A program made the position numbers and the translations under genes. The notes under the pieces are model-generated. The model saw only the letters and a program-made list of their open reading frames with translations, was not told the DNA's origin and ran no database searches. From a virus (Duplodnaviria; Caudoviricetes): a stretch of DNA of 52,483 nucleotides. Where the stretch lies: positions 1-52,483 of IMG/VR virus record IMGVR_UViG_3300032233_000380, one strand, 5' to 3'. Shown here in pieces: positions 1-10,161 of the stretch. Every line of letters begins with the position of its first letter. The stretch's first letter is position 1.

Positions 1-233
1 ATCCAGAGTCTATTGTGACGGCTGGAACATCCTGGCTTGGTGATAATTTTTATTCTGTACTCTTATATGGCGCTCTTATAGAAGCTGCTAATTTTATGAA
101 GACAGATCCCGATACAATGACTATGTATAAAACTCGTTATGACGCAGCAATGACGGATCTAAAACAGTTAGGCGATGCAAAAGAGCGTCAAGATGCCTAC
201 AGAAGTGGACAAGTAAGGTATCCAGTAAGATGA
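1..233 (+). CDS. Virion head-completion/adaptor-like protein, C-terminal part (5' truncated by window)
   Basis: Frame is open from the window edge (PESIVTAGTSWLGDNF...LLYGALIEA...DAYRSG); lies just upstream of tail genes; stop overlaps next ATG (ATGA). Confidence 0.55.
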   Translation, partial: PESIVTAGTSWLGDNFYSVLLYGALIEAANFMKTDPDTMTMYKTRYDAAMTDLKQLGDAKERQDAYRSGQVRYPVR

Positions 234-517
234 TTAGCGTACAAGGAACAAGTGCCTTAGAAGGCATTCAAGTATTTACAAAAGACCACGGTGGATTTAC
301 CCCAAAGGAAATCGCTGAACGGGCATTAGATAAGATTATTCAAGTAGGGGATCAGTCTCATCCCTTGGTTCGGGAGCAAGCAATTGCTTTTAGGAATCAT
401 ATTCGGGAAGTACTAGTCTTTTACATGAATGAAGCGGTAAAATTTGATCGTGTAACACTAGCTCACAAGCTACGGGAAGCTGGTCATCCTGAATTAATTA
501 AACTTTTAGACGAATAG
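230..517 (+). CDS. Hypothetical phage protein (95 aa)
   Basis: ORF coupled to the previous gene via ATGA overlap, AAGG upstream. Confidence 0.7.
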   Translation: MISVQGTSALEGIQVFTKDHGGFTPKEIAERALDKIIQVGDQSHPLVREQAIAFRNHIREVLVFYMNEAVKFDRVTLAHKLREAGHPELIKLLDE

Positions 518-526
518 GAGTCCAAA

Positions 527-964
527 ATGGCTTTTACAGGCAACTTTATGTGTACCAGCTTCAAAGTACAGTTGATGACGGCAACTCACAACTTTACGAC
601 TGGTACTGGTAATACTTTTAAACTAGCAATGTATGACAATAGTGCGTCCTTTACGGCTGCAACTACTGCGTATACGGCAACTAACGAAGTGACGCCTTCT
701 GGATCGTATCTAGCAGGTGGCGGTGCTTTAACCAATGTAACCCCAACTTCTTCGAGTACTACAGCATTTACCGACTTTGTAGACTTGTCGTTTACTTCTG
801 CGACCATTACAGCTTATGGCGCCATGATTTATAACGATTCCGCTGCTGGTGATCCTTCTGTATGTATTCTAGACTTTGGTGGTGCTAAGACCTCGACAAG
901 TGGTACGTTTACCATCGTCTTCCCAACAGCAGACGCAAGTAACGCCATTATCCGCATAGCGTGA
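527..964 (+). CDS. Putative virion structural (tail-associated) protein
   Basis: AGGAG RBS; Thr/Ala/Ser-rich beta-type protein (MAFTGNFMCTSFK...LDFGGAKTSTSGTFTIVFP) typical of phage tail modules. Confidence 0.65.
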   Translation: MAFTGNFMCTSFKVQLMTATHNFTTGTGNTFKLAMYDNSASFTAATTAYTATNEVTPSGSYLAGGGALTNVTPTSSSTTAFTDFVDLSFTSATITAYGAMIYNDSAAGDPSVCILDFGGAKTSTSGTFTIVFPTADASNAIIRIA

Positions 965-971
965 TTAATAA

Positions 972-2000
972 GTGGCAACCTATTCTGGCTGGGGTAGTGG
1001 CGCTTGGGGTAGTGGACCTTGGGGCGAGGACTATACAGATGTAGAAGTCCCGCTAGGGGGCTGGGGCTATGGCGGTTGGGGGCAAAACCCTTGGGGTCAG
1101 AATAGTGGTGGTGTAGTAGCAGCAGGGCAGGTAGGTTCAGTTACTGTACAAACTACACAAGATGCGATAGTAAACGTAACAGGTGTTTCTGGTACGGGGC
1201 AGTTAGGTAGTGCAACGGTTACAGGCTCGGCAGTAGTTAATGTAATTGGAGTAAGCGGCACAGGGCAGATAGAAGGTCCAGCCGTAGACGCTGGATCGGA
1301 TGTTGGTGTAACCAGTGTAAACGGAACAGGACAGGTAGGATCAGTATCAATTTTGGCTGGGGCTGGTGTCTTAGTCACAGGCGTAGCAGGAACGGTATCT
1401 GTAGGAACTGTAACGGTAGCCACAGAGATTGATGTAAACGTAACTGGATTATCAGCAACAGGCAGTGTCGGTAGCGTAACGGTTACGGGAACTGCGGTAT
1501 TTAATGTAACAGGCGTTGTAGGAACAGTAGTACAGGGTTCAGTTTCTGTAGAAGCAGCAGCAAATGCTCCAGTTACGGGACTTCAGGCTACAGGAAGCGT
1601 TGGCAGTGTAACCGTACAAGAGGGTACGGGTGTTAGCGTAACTGGGGTTTCTGGAACGGGTGCGGTAGGCGATGTAACTGTTGCAGCTGGCAGTTCTGTA
1701 AATTTAGTTGGTGTAGAGGCATTTATCACTACACCTAGAGTAGACATAATTACTGGACAAAATATTAGTGTCACAGGATTACAGGCTACAGGCAGTGTTG
1801 GAAGTATTGCGGTAGTCATCGGTGCGGTAGTAAGCGTAACAGGCGTACAGGCAGTTGGACAGGTAGGAAGTGTATTAATTTGGCAGGTAATTGATGATGG
1901 TCAAACACCGAATTGGATCAACATAAATGACTCGCAAACAGGCACTTGGAATGATATTATTGACACACAATCGCCCAATTGGGTTGAGATAGCGGCATAA
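972..2000 (+). CDS. Virion protein with V-T-G-V-x-x-T-G-x-V-G-x-V repeats (fibre/tail-associated)
   Basis: N-terminal WGxGxWG repeats, about a dozen ~19-aa Val/Thr/Gly repeats, Trp-spaced C-terminus. Confidence 0.65.
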   Translation: MATYSGWGSGAWGSGPWGEDYTDVEVPLGGWGYGGWGQNPWGQNSGGVVAAGQVGSVTVQTTQDAIVNVTGVSGTGQLGSATVTGSAVVNVIGVSGTGQIEGPAVDAGSDVGVTSVNGTGQVGSVSILAGAGVLVTGVAGTVSVGTVTVATEIDVNVTGLSATGSVGSVTVTGTAVFNVTGVVGTVVQGSVSVEAAANAPVTGLQATGSVGSVTVQEGTGVSVTGVSGTGAVGDVTVAAGSSVNLVGVEAFITTPRVDIITGQNISVTGLQATGSVGSIAVVIGAVVSVTGVQAVGQVGSVLIWQVIDDGQTPNWININDSQTGTWNDIIDTQSPNWVEIAA

Positions 2001-2010
2001 AGGATAAATT

Positions 2011-3072
2011 ATGGCATCGACTTATTCACCACTAAAAATCGAGCTTATCGGCACAGGCGACCAGTCTGGTACTTGGGGTTCAACAACTAACACCAATTTA
2101 GGTACGGCATTAGAAGAAGCCATCACAGGTTCTGCCGATGTGACCTTTGCAAGCGGTACTGTTACTCTAACCCTCACAGATACCAACGCCAGCCAAACAG
2201 CCCGTAACCTCCGTTTAAACCTAACAGGTACTTCTGGCGGGGCGCAAAACCTTATAGTTCCAGGCATTGAGAAGCTATACCTAGTCAATAACGGCTGTGC
2301 AGACGCTATTACAGTTAAGAACGCAACAGGCACAGGGATTGCTGTTCCAGCTAGTAAATCAATGTTTGTGTTCAATACTGGCTCAAACGTAGTCGATGCG
2401 GTTACTTATCTTAGCTCTTTGACTTTGGGAACAGCCCTACCCGTAGCGTCTGGTGGTACTGGAGTAACTTCTAGCGCAGCAGCGCCTTTTGCTCTTAAGG
2501 GCGCAAACTCTGACATTACTTCGCTGACTGGTTTAACTACTCCTTTATCAGTCAATCAGGGTGGTACAGGAGCAACTACTCTAGCTGGTGCAAACATCCC
2601 AGTCAGAAACGTAGCAAACACATTTACAGGCTTACAGACTTTTGCTGGTACATCTTCTAATGCTGACCTTAAAACTTCTAACATTGTCGAGACCGCTACT
2701 GTTTCAGCTACGGCAGCAACAAGCACAATTAACTATGATGTCACTACTCAGTCGGTTTTGTATTACACAACTGCTGCTAGTGGTCTCTTTACAGTCAACT
2801 TTAGAGGTTCTAGCAGTACTACTTTAAATACGCTTATGCAAGATAATGAGTCAATTTCTGTTACTTTCTTGGTAACTAATGGCTCTACTGCGTATTACAA
2901 CTCTGCGGTAACAATTGATGGAACTTCTGTAACTCCTAAATGGCAAGGTGGAACAGCACCTACTACTGGTAACATAAACTCAACTGACAGCTATACCTAT
3001 GTCATTATAAAAACGGCAACAACGCCATCTCCAACTTACACAGTATTTGCCTCACAAACTAAATTCGCTTAA
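2011..3072 (+). CDS. Tail fibre protein (proximal/anchor)
   Basis: AAGGA RBS; N-terminal GxWGxTTNxNL anchor motif, LPVASGGTG and LSVNQGGTG fibre repeats, C-terminal KWQGGTAPT domain. Confidence 0.7.
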   Translation: MASTYSPLKIELIGTGDQSGTWGSTTNTNLGTALEEAITGSADVTFASGTVTLTLTDTNASQTARNLRLNLTGTSGGAQNLIVPGIEKLYLVNNGCADAITVKNATGTGIAVPASKSMFVFNTGSNVVDAVTYLSSLTLGTALPVASGGTGVTSSAAAPFALKGANSDITSLTGLTTPLSVNQGGTGATTLAGANIPVRNVANTFTGLQTFAGTSSNADLKTSNIVETATVSATAATSTINYDVTTQSVLYYTTAASGLFTVNFRGSSSTTLNTLMQDNESISVTFLVTNGSTAYYNSAVTIDGTSVTPKWQGGTAPTTGNINSTDSYTYVIIKTATTPSPTYTVFASQTKFA

Positions 3073-3083
3073 AGGTCTCATAG

Positions 3084-6000
3084 ATGCCACGCTTATCTAA
3101 AATTGGTGCAGCAGCCCTAGCAGCATTTGGATGGACTTCGGGATCGGCTGCCGTTACTGCAAGTTACCTAGTCGTTGCTGGTGGTGGCGGTGCGTCATGG
3201 GCTGGTGGCGGTGGTGCTGGAGGATATAGAACAGGCTCAATATCGCTTAACCCAACACTTTCATATACGGTAACCGTTGGTGCTGGTGGCGCACAAGCAG
3301 TATCAGGCGTTGGAAATAATGGTTCTGATTCTGTGTTTAGTACCATTACATCTTCTGGTGGTGGTTATGGAAGATACAATGTGTCGGCAGTTTCTGCTGG
3401 CTCTGGTGGCTCTTGAGGGGGCATTGGTGGTCAAGCTGGTACACAAACAGCTGGTTCTGGTAATACTCCATCAACATCTCCATCTCAAGGTAATAATGGT
3501 GGAACTGGCGATGGTAGCGGTGGGGGTGGCGGTGGCGGTGCATTTGATGTTGGTGCTAATGGAGGCTCAACTGGTGGCGCTGGTGGCGCAGGAAGTCCTA
3601 ACTCAATTTCTGGAACATCTGTTACTTATGCAGGTGGCGGTGGTGGAGGTGGTTCTAGTGCAGGTGGCGCTGCTGGCGCTGGTGGCGGTGGAGCAGGTTC
3701 AACTACTGTAGGCACTTCTGGAACTGCTAATAGAGGCGGTGGCGGTGGTGCTGGATGGAATAATAACGGTGGTAACGGTGGCTCAGGCGTAGTCATTATC
3801 TCCTATGTAGGCGCACAACAATTCGGTGGCGGTATCGTCACATCTAGTGGCGGTTCTACTATTCACACATTCAATACATCTGGCACATTAAGCCCATTGT
3901 CCTCGTTGACAGCAAGCTATTTAATCGTAGCTGGTGGTGGCGGTGGTGGAAGTACTGGTGGTGGAGGCGGTGCAGGTGGTTTGCTAACTGGCTCTGGCTT
4001 AACCATTGACACAAATTCTATTTATGTTGTGACTGTTGGTGCTGGTGGAGCAATATCTGGCGGACAAGGAGTTAGTGGTTCAAATTCTTTATTTAGTGCT
4101 TACGCAACTTCTGCCGTAGGTGGTGGTTATGGTGGCGGTTATGGAAACCCCACAGGACTATCTGGCGCAACTGGTGGCTCTGGCGGTGGTGGTGGATATT
4201 GTCAAAGTAGCAGCCCTAGTAGCGGTGGTGCTGGAACTGCTGGTCAAGGAAGTGCTGGCGGTACTGGAACTGTTGGCTCGGCTGGCGGTGGCGGTGGTGC
4301 TAATGCAATTACTGGCGTTGGTGGCAATGCTGCTGGAGGAACTGCTGGTAATGGTGGTAATGGAACCGCATCATCCATATCAGGAACTTCTACTACATAC
4401 GCTGGTGGTGGAGGTGGAGAATCAGAAGGAGGAACTGCTGGTACAGGTGGTAGTGGCGGTGGGGGTAGAGGAGGACTTAGAAGTGGCGCTAATGCCGTAG
4501 CTGGCACAGCTAATACTGGCGGCGGCGGTGGCGGTGGCGATGGTCTTGCAAGTGCTGCTGCTGGCGGTAGCGGTGTAGTAATCATTTCCTATTCAGGTTC
4601 TGTCCAGCTTATGGCTGGCGGTACAGTTACTGTAGCTGGCGGTAATGTAATCCACACATTTACATCAAGCGGATACCTAACCCCAATCGTGTTAGTAAAT
4701 AACTCATTGCGTTTCCGTGCAAGTGCTAATGCTTATTTGAATCGGACTCCTTCTAATGGCAACAAAAGAGTTTTTACTTGGTCAGGATGGATTAAAAGAG
4801 GTATTTTTGGTACACAATCAGAATTATTTGTTGCTGATATAAATTCTGCTTACGCTGGTTTTCATTTTCAATTTAATACTAATAATAAATTATATGTATA
4901 TCAATTAAGTGCAAGTGCAAGTGAATTTTTATTAGTTACTACGGCTGTTTATAGAGACCCATCAGCTTGGTATCATGTAGTTTTAGCTGTAGATACAGAT
5001 AATGCAACAGAAAATAATCGTGTTCGTTTGTATGTAAATGGAACTGAAGTAACCGCTTTTGATTCAAGAACAAATCCAACTACTGGTTTAGATACTTATG
5101 TAAATAATTCATCTTACATAAACTATATTGGAACTGGAAAAACTGCTATTGAAGGTTTCAGGGGGTATTTTGACGGCTACATGGCTGACATCAACTTCAT
5201 TGACGGTCAAGCCCTAACACCAAACAGCTTCGGTACATCTAACGGACTCGGTGTCTGGCAACCTATCCGCTATGGTGGTAGCTACGGTACTAATGGATTC
5301 TATTTGCCGTTTAACTCAGGAACATCTAGTTTTGCTGGTAGCTTTAATGGGTCTAGCCAGTATTTAAACCTTACAGCAAACTCATCTTTACAATTTGGCA
5401 CAGGCGATTTTACTGTTGAGGGATGGTACTATCAAAACGGTACAGTTAGTTTTGGTAATATATTTAGTACAACTCTTTTATATACTACAACTGGAGGGTT
5501 AAGACTTTCTACTGGAAATAGTAATAATACATTCCAAGTTGCAACTGCTGGTAGCTCTTTGATTAATGCTTCCGTGGCATTTTCGGCTAGTCGTTGGAAT
5601 CATTTTGCGATAGTTAGAAGTTCTGGTGTTACAACGCTATATCAAAATGGTGTTTCTGTTGGTAGTGCTTCCGATTCTAATTCTTACACAGCAAACACAT
5701 TTGTAATTGGTTGGGTTGACGGTTCAGGGTCTTCTGCATATTTATTAAATGGATTGTTATCTAATTTCCGTGTGGTTAAAGGTACAGCTGTTTATACAAG
5801 CAACTTTATTCCTTCAACATCGCCATTAACTGCAATTACCAATACCTCTTTATTGACACTACAAAACTCAACAATTATTGATAATTCAACAAACGCATTT
5901 AGCATTACAAATAACGGCACAGTAACTACTGGGCAAACATATCCATGTTCAACAGCAATATTTAACGACCAAAGCCCACAAGGTAACAACTGGACACCTA

Positions 6001-7739
6001 ACAATATCTCTGGTGCATCTGGCTCTACGCTTGATTACATGACCGATGTGCCTACGCTGACAAGTGCTACTGTAGCTAATTATGCTGTTTTGAATCCATT
6101 GCAATTTGCTGGAACAAACGGAAGTAACCCTAGTGATGGTAATTTAACTGTTAATAGTAATGGAAGTGCAAACCCAACAAAAGCATTTAGTTCAACAATA
6201 GCTGCTTCAACTGGAAAGTTTTATGCTGAGTTTACAATTTCATCAGTAAACTACATTCAAATTGCTGCTGCTGATGTAAGCACTTGGGTTTCTACTTATG
6301 GCGGTGGATTGTTATATGGTAGTGGAACTGTGTCTTGGGATTTATCACAGTTTAAGTATTACATTAACTCTACTGGTAGCACCGCAACAGGAATAACTGG
6401 AGCAACTAATGATGTATTGCAAATAGCTTTTGATGCGGATACTAGAAAAGTTTGGTTTGGAAGAAATAATACTTGGAATGCAAGTGGTAATCCCTCTGCT
6501 GGCACAGGAGAAATTGGAACTGTAGCTGGGACAGGTTCGCTGGTATTTGTTGTAAGGTCAGAAAATATGACCACTAATTGCAACTTTGGTCAACGCCCAT
6601 TCGCCTACACCCCACCAACAGACTTTAAAGCACTAAACACATTTAACTTAACTACTCCTGCAATTGGTGCTACTGCATCTACAACAGCGAATAAGTATTT
6701 TGATATAAGTCTTTATACGGGTAATGGCTCTACTCAAAGCATAACTAATGCTGGAAGTTTCCAACCTGATTTTGTTTGGATGAAGTCTAGATCGCCAAAT
6801 GGATATCAGCACGTTTTACAAGACGTTATTCGTGGAACTGGACAAACCAAAAAACTATATTCATCTTTATCTGAAGAAGAAAATGGGGCTAACGCACCTT
6901 TTGGTAATTTAAGTTCTTTTGACTCAAATGGCTTTAGTGTGTCCATTGGTTCAACTAATGCAAATCAAACAAACGCAAGCAGCCAAACTTATGTCGGCTG
7001 GCAGTGGAAAGCCAACGGAGCAGGAGTAACCAACACAGCAGGCTCTATTAACTCTACAGTAAGTTCTAATACAGCAACTGGATTTAGTATTGTTACTTAT
7101 ACAGGTAACGCAACAAGCGGCTCTACAGTTGGTCACGGCTGTCAAGTTGGTGGAGCAGCAACAGCTCCAAATATGATTATTCTTAAATCAAGAAGTCTTT
7201 CAACAAATTGGTATGTTTACAACTCAAATCTAACATCTGCTTCGTATCAGATGTATTTAAACTTACCAAACGGAGAAGATAATTCAGTTACAACAGCGTT
7301 TAATAGCGTTGCTCCAGGAGCTACCACTTTTACCTTGCCTGGTACTGGGTTTGGTTCAAATAACTCTGGTGCAACCTATGTAGCCTACTGCTTTGCACAA
7401 GTCGCTGGATACTCTGCTTTTGGTAAATACACAGGTAATGGTGTCCCTGATGGAACTTTTATCTTTACTGGGTTTAGACCTAAATATATCATGATGAAAT
7501 CTATATCAACAGAAAGTTGGGAAATATTTGATACCTCAAGAAGCCCATACAATCAAGCCGTTGAACTATTGGAAGCAGATTCTGGCGGTTCTGAAAATAC
7601 TGCAAGTACATCTGCAATAGATATTTTGTCAAACGGATTTAAGCAAAGAAACACTAGAGCAGCTACTAATGGCTCAGGAACAACCTACATATACATGGCA
7701 TTTGCCGAAAACCCCTTTAAATACAGCAACGCAAGATAG
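3084..7739 (+). CDS. Large tail fibre/receptor-binding protein (2 Gly-rich domains, 2 ConA/LamG-like domains, SPRY-like region), interrupted by one in-frame TGA at 3414-3416
   Basis: ORFs 3084-3416 and 3897-7739 are in the same frame; translating 3417-3896 by hand gives an open Gly-rich continuation (GGIGGQAGTQTAGSGNTPSTSPSQGNNGG...); LamG-type motifs WYHVVLAVD/LYVNG and WNHFAIVRS/LYQNG. Confidence 0.75.
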
Positions 7740-7747
7740 GAACTAAT

Positions 7748-8176
7748 ATGTTTACTAGACAAGACGAAATCAGACCAGATGACCGCTACTATTATGTAAC
7801 ACAAAACTCAGATGGCTCATATACTGGTGTGCCAAGAGAATTAGAAGACCTTGAAGCCGTTGATGAAAATGGCGACCCCGCTTATGTAAAAGTCTATGAC
7901 GAAGCAACAAAGTCTATGGTTAACACCGCCCAGCGACTTGTAACCAAAGGTCTCAAGTCAAACCATATTGCACAGGTCAAGCACAATACCAACATGACTC
8001 TAGCCCAAACCGATTGGTATGTCATTCGTAAGGCAGAGCGTAATGTTGACATCCCTGCTGGTGTAGCTACTTATCGTGCAGCGGTTATTGCATGGGCTAC
8101 GGCAACAGAGGCATCTATTACAGCAGTAACCACAGTCGAAGAACTTAAAGCAATTAACTTAGGAGTATCTATCTAA
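7748..8176 (+). CDS. Putative tail fibre assembly chaperone
   Basis: Directly follows the fibre; LAQTDWYVIRKAE...YRAAV motif resembles tail-assembly chaperones. Confidence 0.55.
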   Translation: MFTRQDEIRPDDRYYYVTQNSDGSYTGVPRELEDLEAVDENGDPAYVKVYDEATKSMVNTAQRLVTKGLKSNHIAQVKHNTNMTLAQTDWYVIRKAERNVDIPAGVATYRAAVIAWATATEASITAVTTVEELKAINLGVSI

Positions 8177-8541
8177 TGGCACACTTTGCAAAAATTGAAA
8201 ATGGCGTAGTTGTACAAGTCGTTGTAGCTGAAGAGGCTTTTATCGCTACTGGAGCGTTGGGCGACCCAGCAAACTGGGTACAGACCTCTTACAACACCCG
8301 TGGTGGAGTTCACTATAACCAAGACGGCACACCTAGTGGTCGTGAGCCACTGCATAAGAACTATGCTGGTATCGGTTACACATGGGACGGCACAGGCTTT
8401 GCTGCTCCACAACCATACCCAAGCTGGTCAATGAACCAAGATTCTTACCTATGGGAGTCCCCAGTACCGTACCCAAACGATGACAAACGCTACTCGTGGG
8501 ACGAGGCTACAACCTCATGGGTTGAGTTAGAGACAGCATGA
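8176..8541 (+). CDS. Hypothetical tail-fibre-associated protein
   Basis: AGGAG RBS; MAHFAKI...WVQTSYN...KNYAGIGY...PQPYPSW...WDE pattern familiar from aquatic phage fibre modules. Confidence 0.65.
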   Translation: MAHFAKIENGVVVQVVVAEEAFIATGALGDPANWVQTSYNTRGGVHYNQDGTPSGREPLHKNYAGIGYTWDGTGFAAPQPYPSWSMNQDSYLWESPVPYPNDDKRYSWDEATTSWVELETA

Positions 8542-8747
8542 AAGCCGTATACGAAGCTCAACTAGTTGACGGGCAAGTACAGCCTAGACACGAAGTTGAG
8601 ATTGTGTGTGCTGCGTGTGGGTATGACTTAGATACATCTGAGTTAGAGGCAGATACTTGTGCCGATTGCAGTGCGCCTTTGAACCTAAAACAGCATATAT
8701 CTATTCATGCAACTTCAGTCCCAGCCGCTGGCGGAGAGGTATTTTAA
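8538..8747 (+). CDS. Small zinc-ribbon protein
   Basis: CAAC...CADC motif; ATGA overlap with upstream gene. Confidence 0.6.
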   Translation: MKAVYEAQLVDGQVQPRHEVEIVCAACGYDLDTSELEADTCADCSAPLNLKQHISIHATSVPAAGGEVF

Positions 8748-8755
8748 ATTGAATC

Positions 8756-9208
8756 ATGGCAGACGAACTGGGGTTGTCGGCTGGTGCTAAAGGCATTAGT
8801 GAAGGGATAAAAACTGGACGGGAAGCTGGTCGGGAGATTGGCAAAAACATCGAGGAAGTACAGAAGGAAGCAGTAGATGTTGCAAAGCAGCAAGCAAACG
8901 CAAGGATTCGTGAGCGTAGAGAAGCAGAGCTAAAGAAGGAACGGGCGATATTTAAAGCCCTTGAAGAGTACAAACACCGCAAGAAGATAAGCGACGAAGA
9001 GTACAAATTAAGGGTGGACTTTATAAAGCAGCACGGCACCAAAGAGTGGCAGAAGGTGCTAGACATCAAGACCGAGATTGAACGGCTTGAGAAGGAAGAC
9101 AAGAAGTACTTTGATGCCGAGTTGTCAAAGGTTAAATGGGTGCAGTTCTGGTGCTTTTTAGTAGCTGCTTGGATTGCTTATTACATAGTATGGGGGTCTA
9201 AAAGATGA
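8756..9208 (+). CDS. Coiled-coil protein with C-terminal transmembrane helix (lysis-cassette associated)
   Basis: Charged helical body then hydrophobic WVQFWCFLVAAWIAYYIVWG; precedes holin-like gene and endolysin. Confidence 0.6.
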   Translation: MADELGLSAGAKGISEGIKTGREAGREIGKNIEEVQKEAVDVAKQQANARIRERREAELKKERAIFKALEEYKHRKKISDEEYKLRVDFIKQHGTKEWQKVLDIKTEIERLEKEDKKYFDAELSKVKWVQFWCFLVAAWIAYYIVWGSKR

Positions 9209-9687
9209 TTACTTTATTTACAACGTTAATCTCGTTCCTGTCTGGCGGACTACCTAGCCTACTAGGGTTTTTCCAAGACAAATCCGACAAGAGGCATGAG
9301 ATGGAAATGGCTTGTTTGCAAACCGAACGGGAATTAAAACTTATGGAAGCGGGCTATGCTGCTCAAGCCCATGTAGAAGAGATTAAGACCCAGCAGATTG
9401 AGATGCAGACCCAAGCCCAAGAAAGGGCGTCTTTGTATGCTCACGATATCGAGATTGGCAAGGGTGCTTCCCAGTGGGTTGTTAACTCTAGGGCTATGGT
9501 TAGACCAGCCATTACCTACGGTATGTTCATCATGTTTATGTTTGTAGAACTGTTTGGGTTCTGGTTTGCCTTCCATCGGGAAGTGCCATTTGACGTAGCC
9601 CTAAACCTTCTATGGGATGACGAGACCCAGATTATCTGGGCAAGTATTGTTTCTTTCTGGTTCGGAACACAGGCATTTAAGAAGTGA
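9205..9687 (+). CDS. Putative holin (GTA-type 3TM holin-like)
   Basis: Hydrophobic segments, VRPAITY and terminal SFWFG motifs, immediately upstream of endolysin. Confidence 0.6.
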   Translation: MITLFTTLISFLSGGLPSLLGFFQDKSDKRHEMEMACLQTERELKLMEAGYAAQAHVEEIKTQQIEMQTQAQERASLYAHDIEIGKGASQWVVNSRAMVRPAITYGMFIMFMFVELFGFWFAFHREVPFDVALNLLWDDETQIIWASIVSFWFGTQAFKK

Positions 9688-10160
9688 AAGTAAGCGATAA
9701 AGCAACCAAAATGATTAAGCACCATGAGGGCGTCCGTCAGCGTCCCTACCGCTGTCCCGCAAAATTGTGGACGATTGGTGTGGGTCATGTACTCTACCCA
9801 CGGCAGGGTGCTTTAAAGATAGACGAGCGAGATGCCTACCCACTGGAATATAAAGATGACCGTACCTTTTCTATGGAGGAAGTAGATGACATTCTTAGAG
9901 ACGATCTTAATCGCTTTGAGCGAGGTGTTGAACGCTTCTGTCCTGTCAAGCTCACTCAAGGTCAATTCGATGCTCTTGTATCTTTTAGCTTTAATGTTGG
10001 TCTGGGAACACTACAGCGCAGCACCCTCCGTCAGAAGGTTATTCGGGGCGAAATGGAAGAAGCGGCAGAAGAGTTCTTGAAATATACGCTGGCTGGGGGT
10101 AAAGTACTGAAAGGTCTAGTAACCCGCAGGAACGATGAACGTGCCTTATTCTTGAGCTAA
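9684..10160 (+). CDS. Endolysin, GH24 phage lysozyme
   Basis: Catalytic E-x8-C-x5-T (HEGVRQRPYRCPAKLWTIGVGH), QFDALVSFSFNVG, GLVTRRNDE. Confidence 0.92.
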   Translation: MKVSDKATKMIKHHEGVRQRPYRCPAKLWTIGVGHVLYPRQGALKIDERDAYPLEYKDDRTFSMEEVDDILRDDLNRFERGVERFCPVKLTQGQFDALVSFSFNVGLGTLQRSTLRQKVIRGEMEEAAEEFLKYTLAGGKVLKGLVTRRNDERALFLS

Positions 10161-10161
10161 T

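Noticed and set aside
3414-3416. Genome-wide TGA recoding or selenocysteine
   Set aside because: Many genes end in TGA with ATGA coupling to the next gene (e.g. 233, 8541, 9208); the context calls for Gly; no suppressor tRNA seen
3277-4500. Val-rich alternative-frame ORFs (3277-3711, 4120-4500) as frameshift products
   Set aside because: They are shifted readings of GGT/GGC Gly codons; the true frame is continuous apart from the single TGA
3084-8541. Diversity-generating retroelement acting on the tail fibre
   Set aside because: No reverse transcriptase and no TR/VR pair differing at adenines was seen
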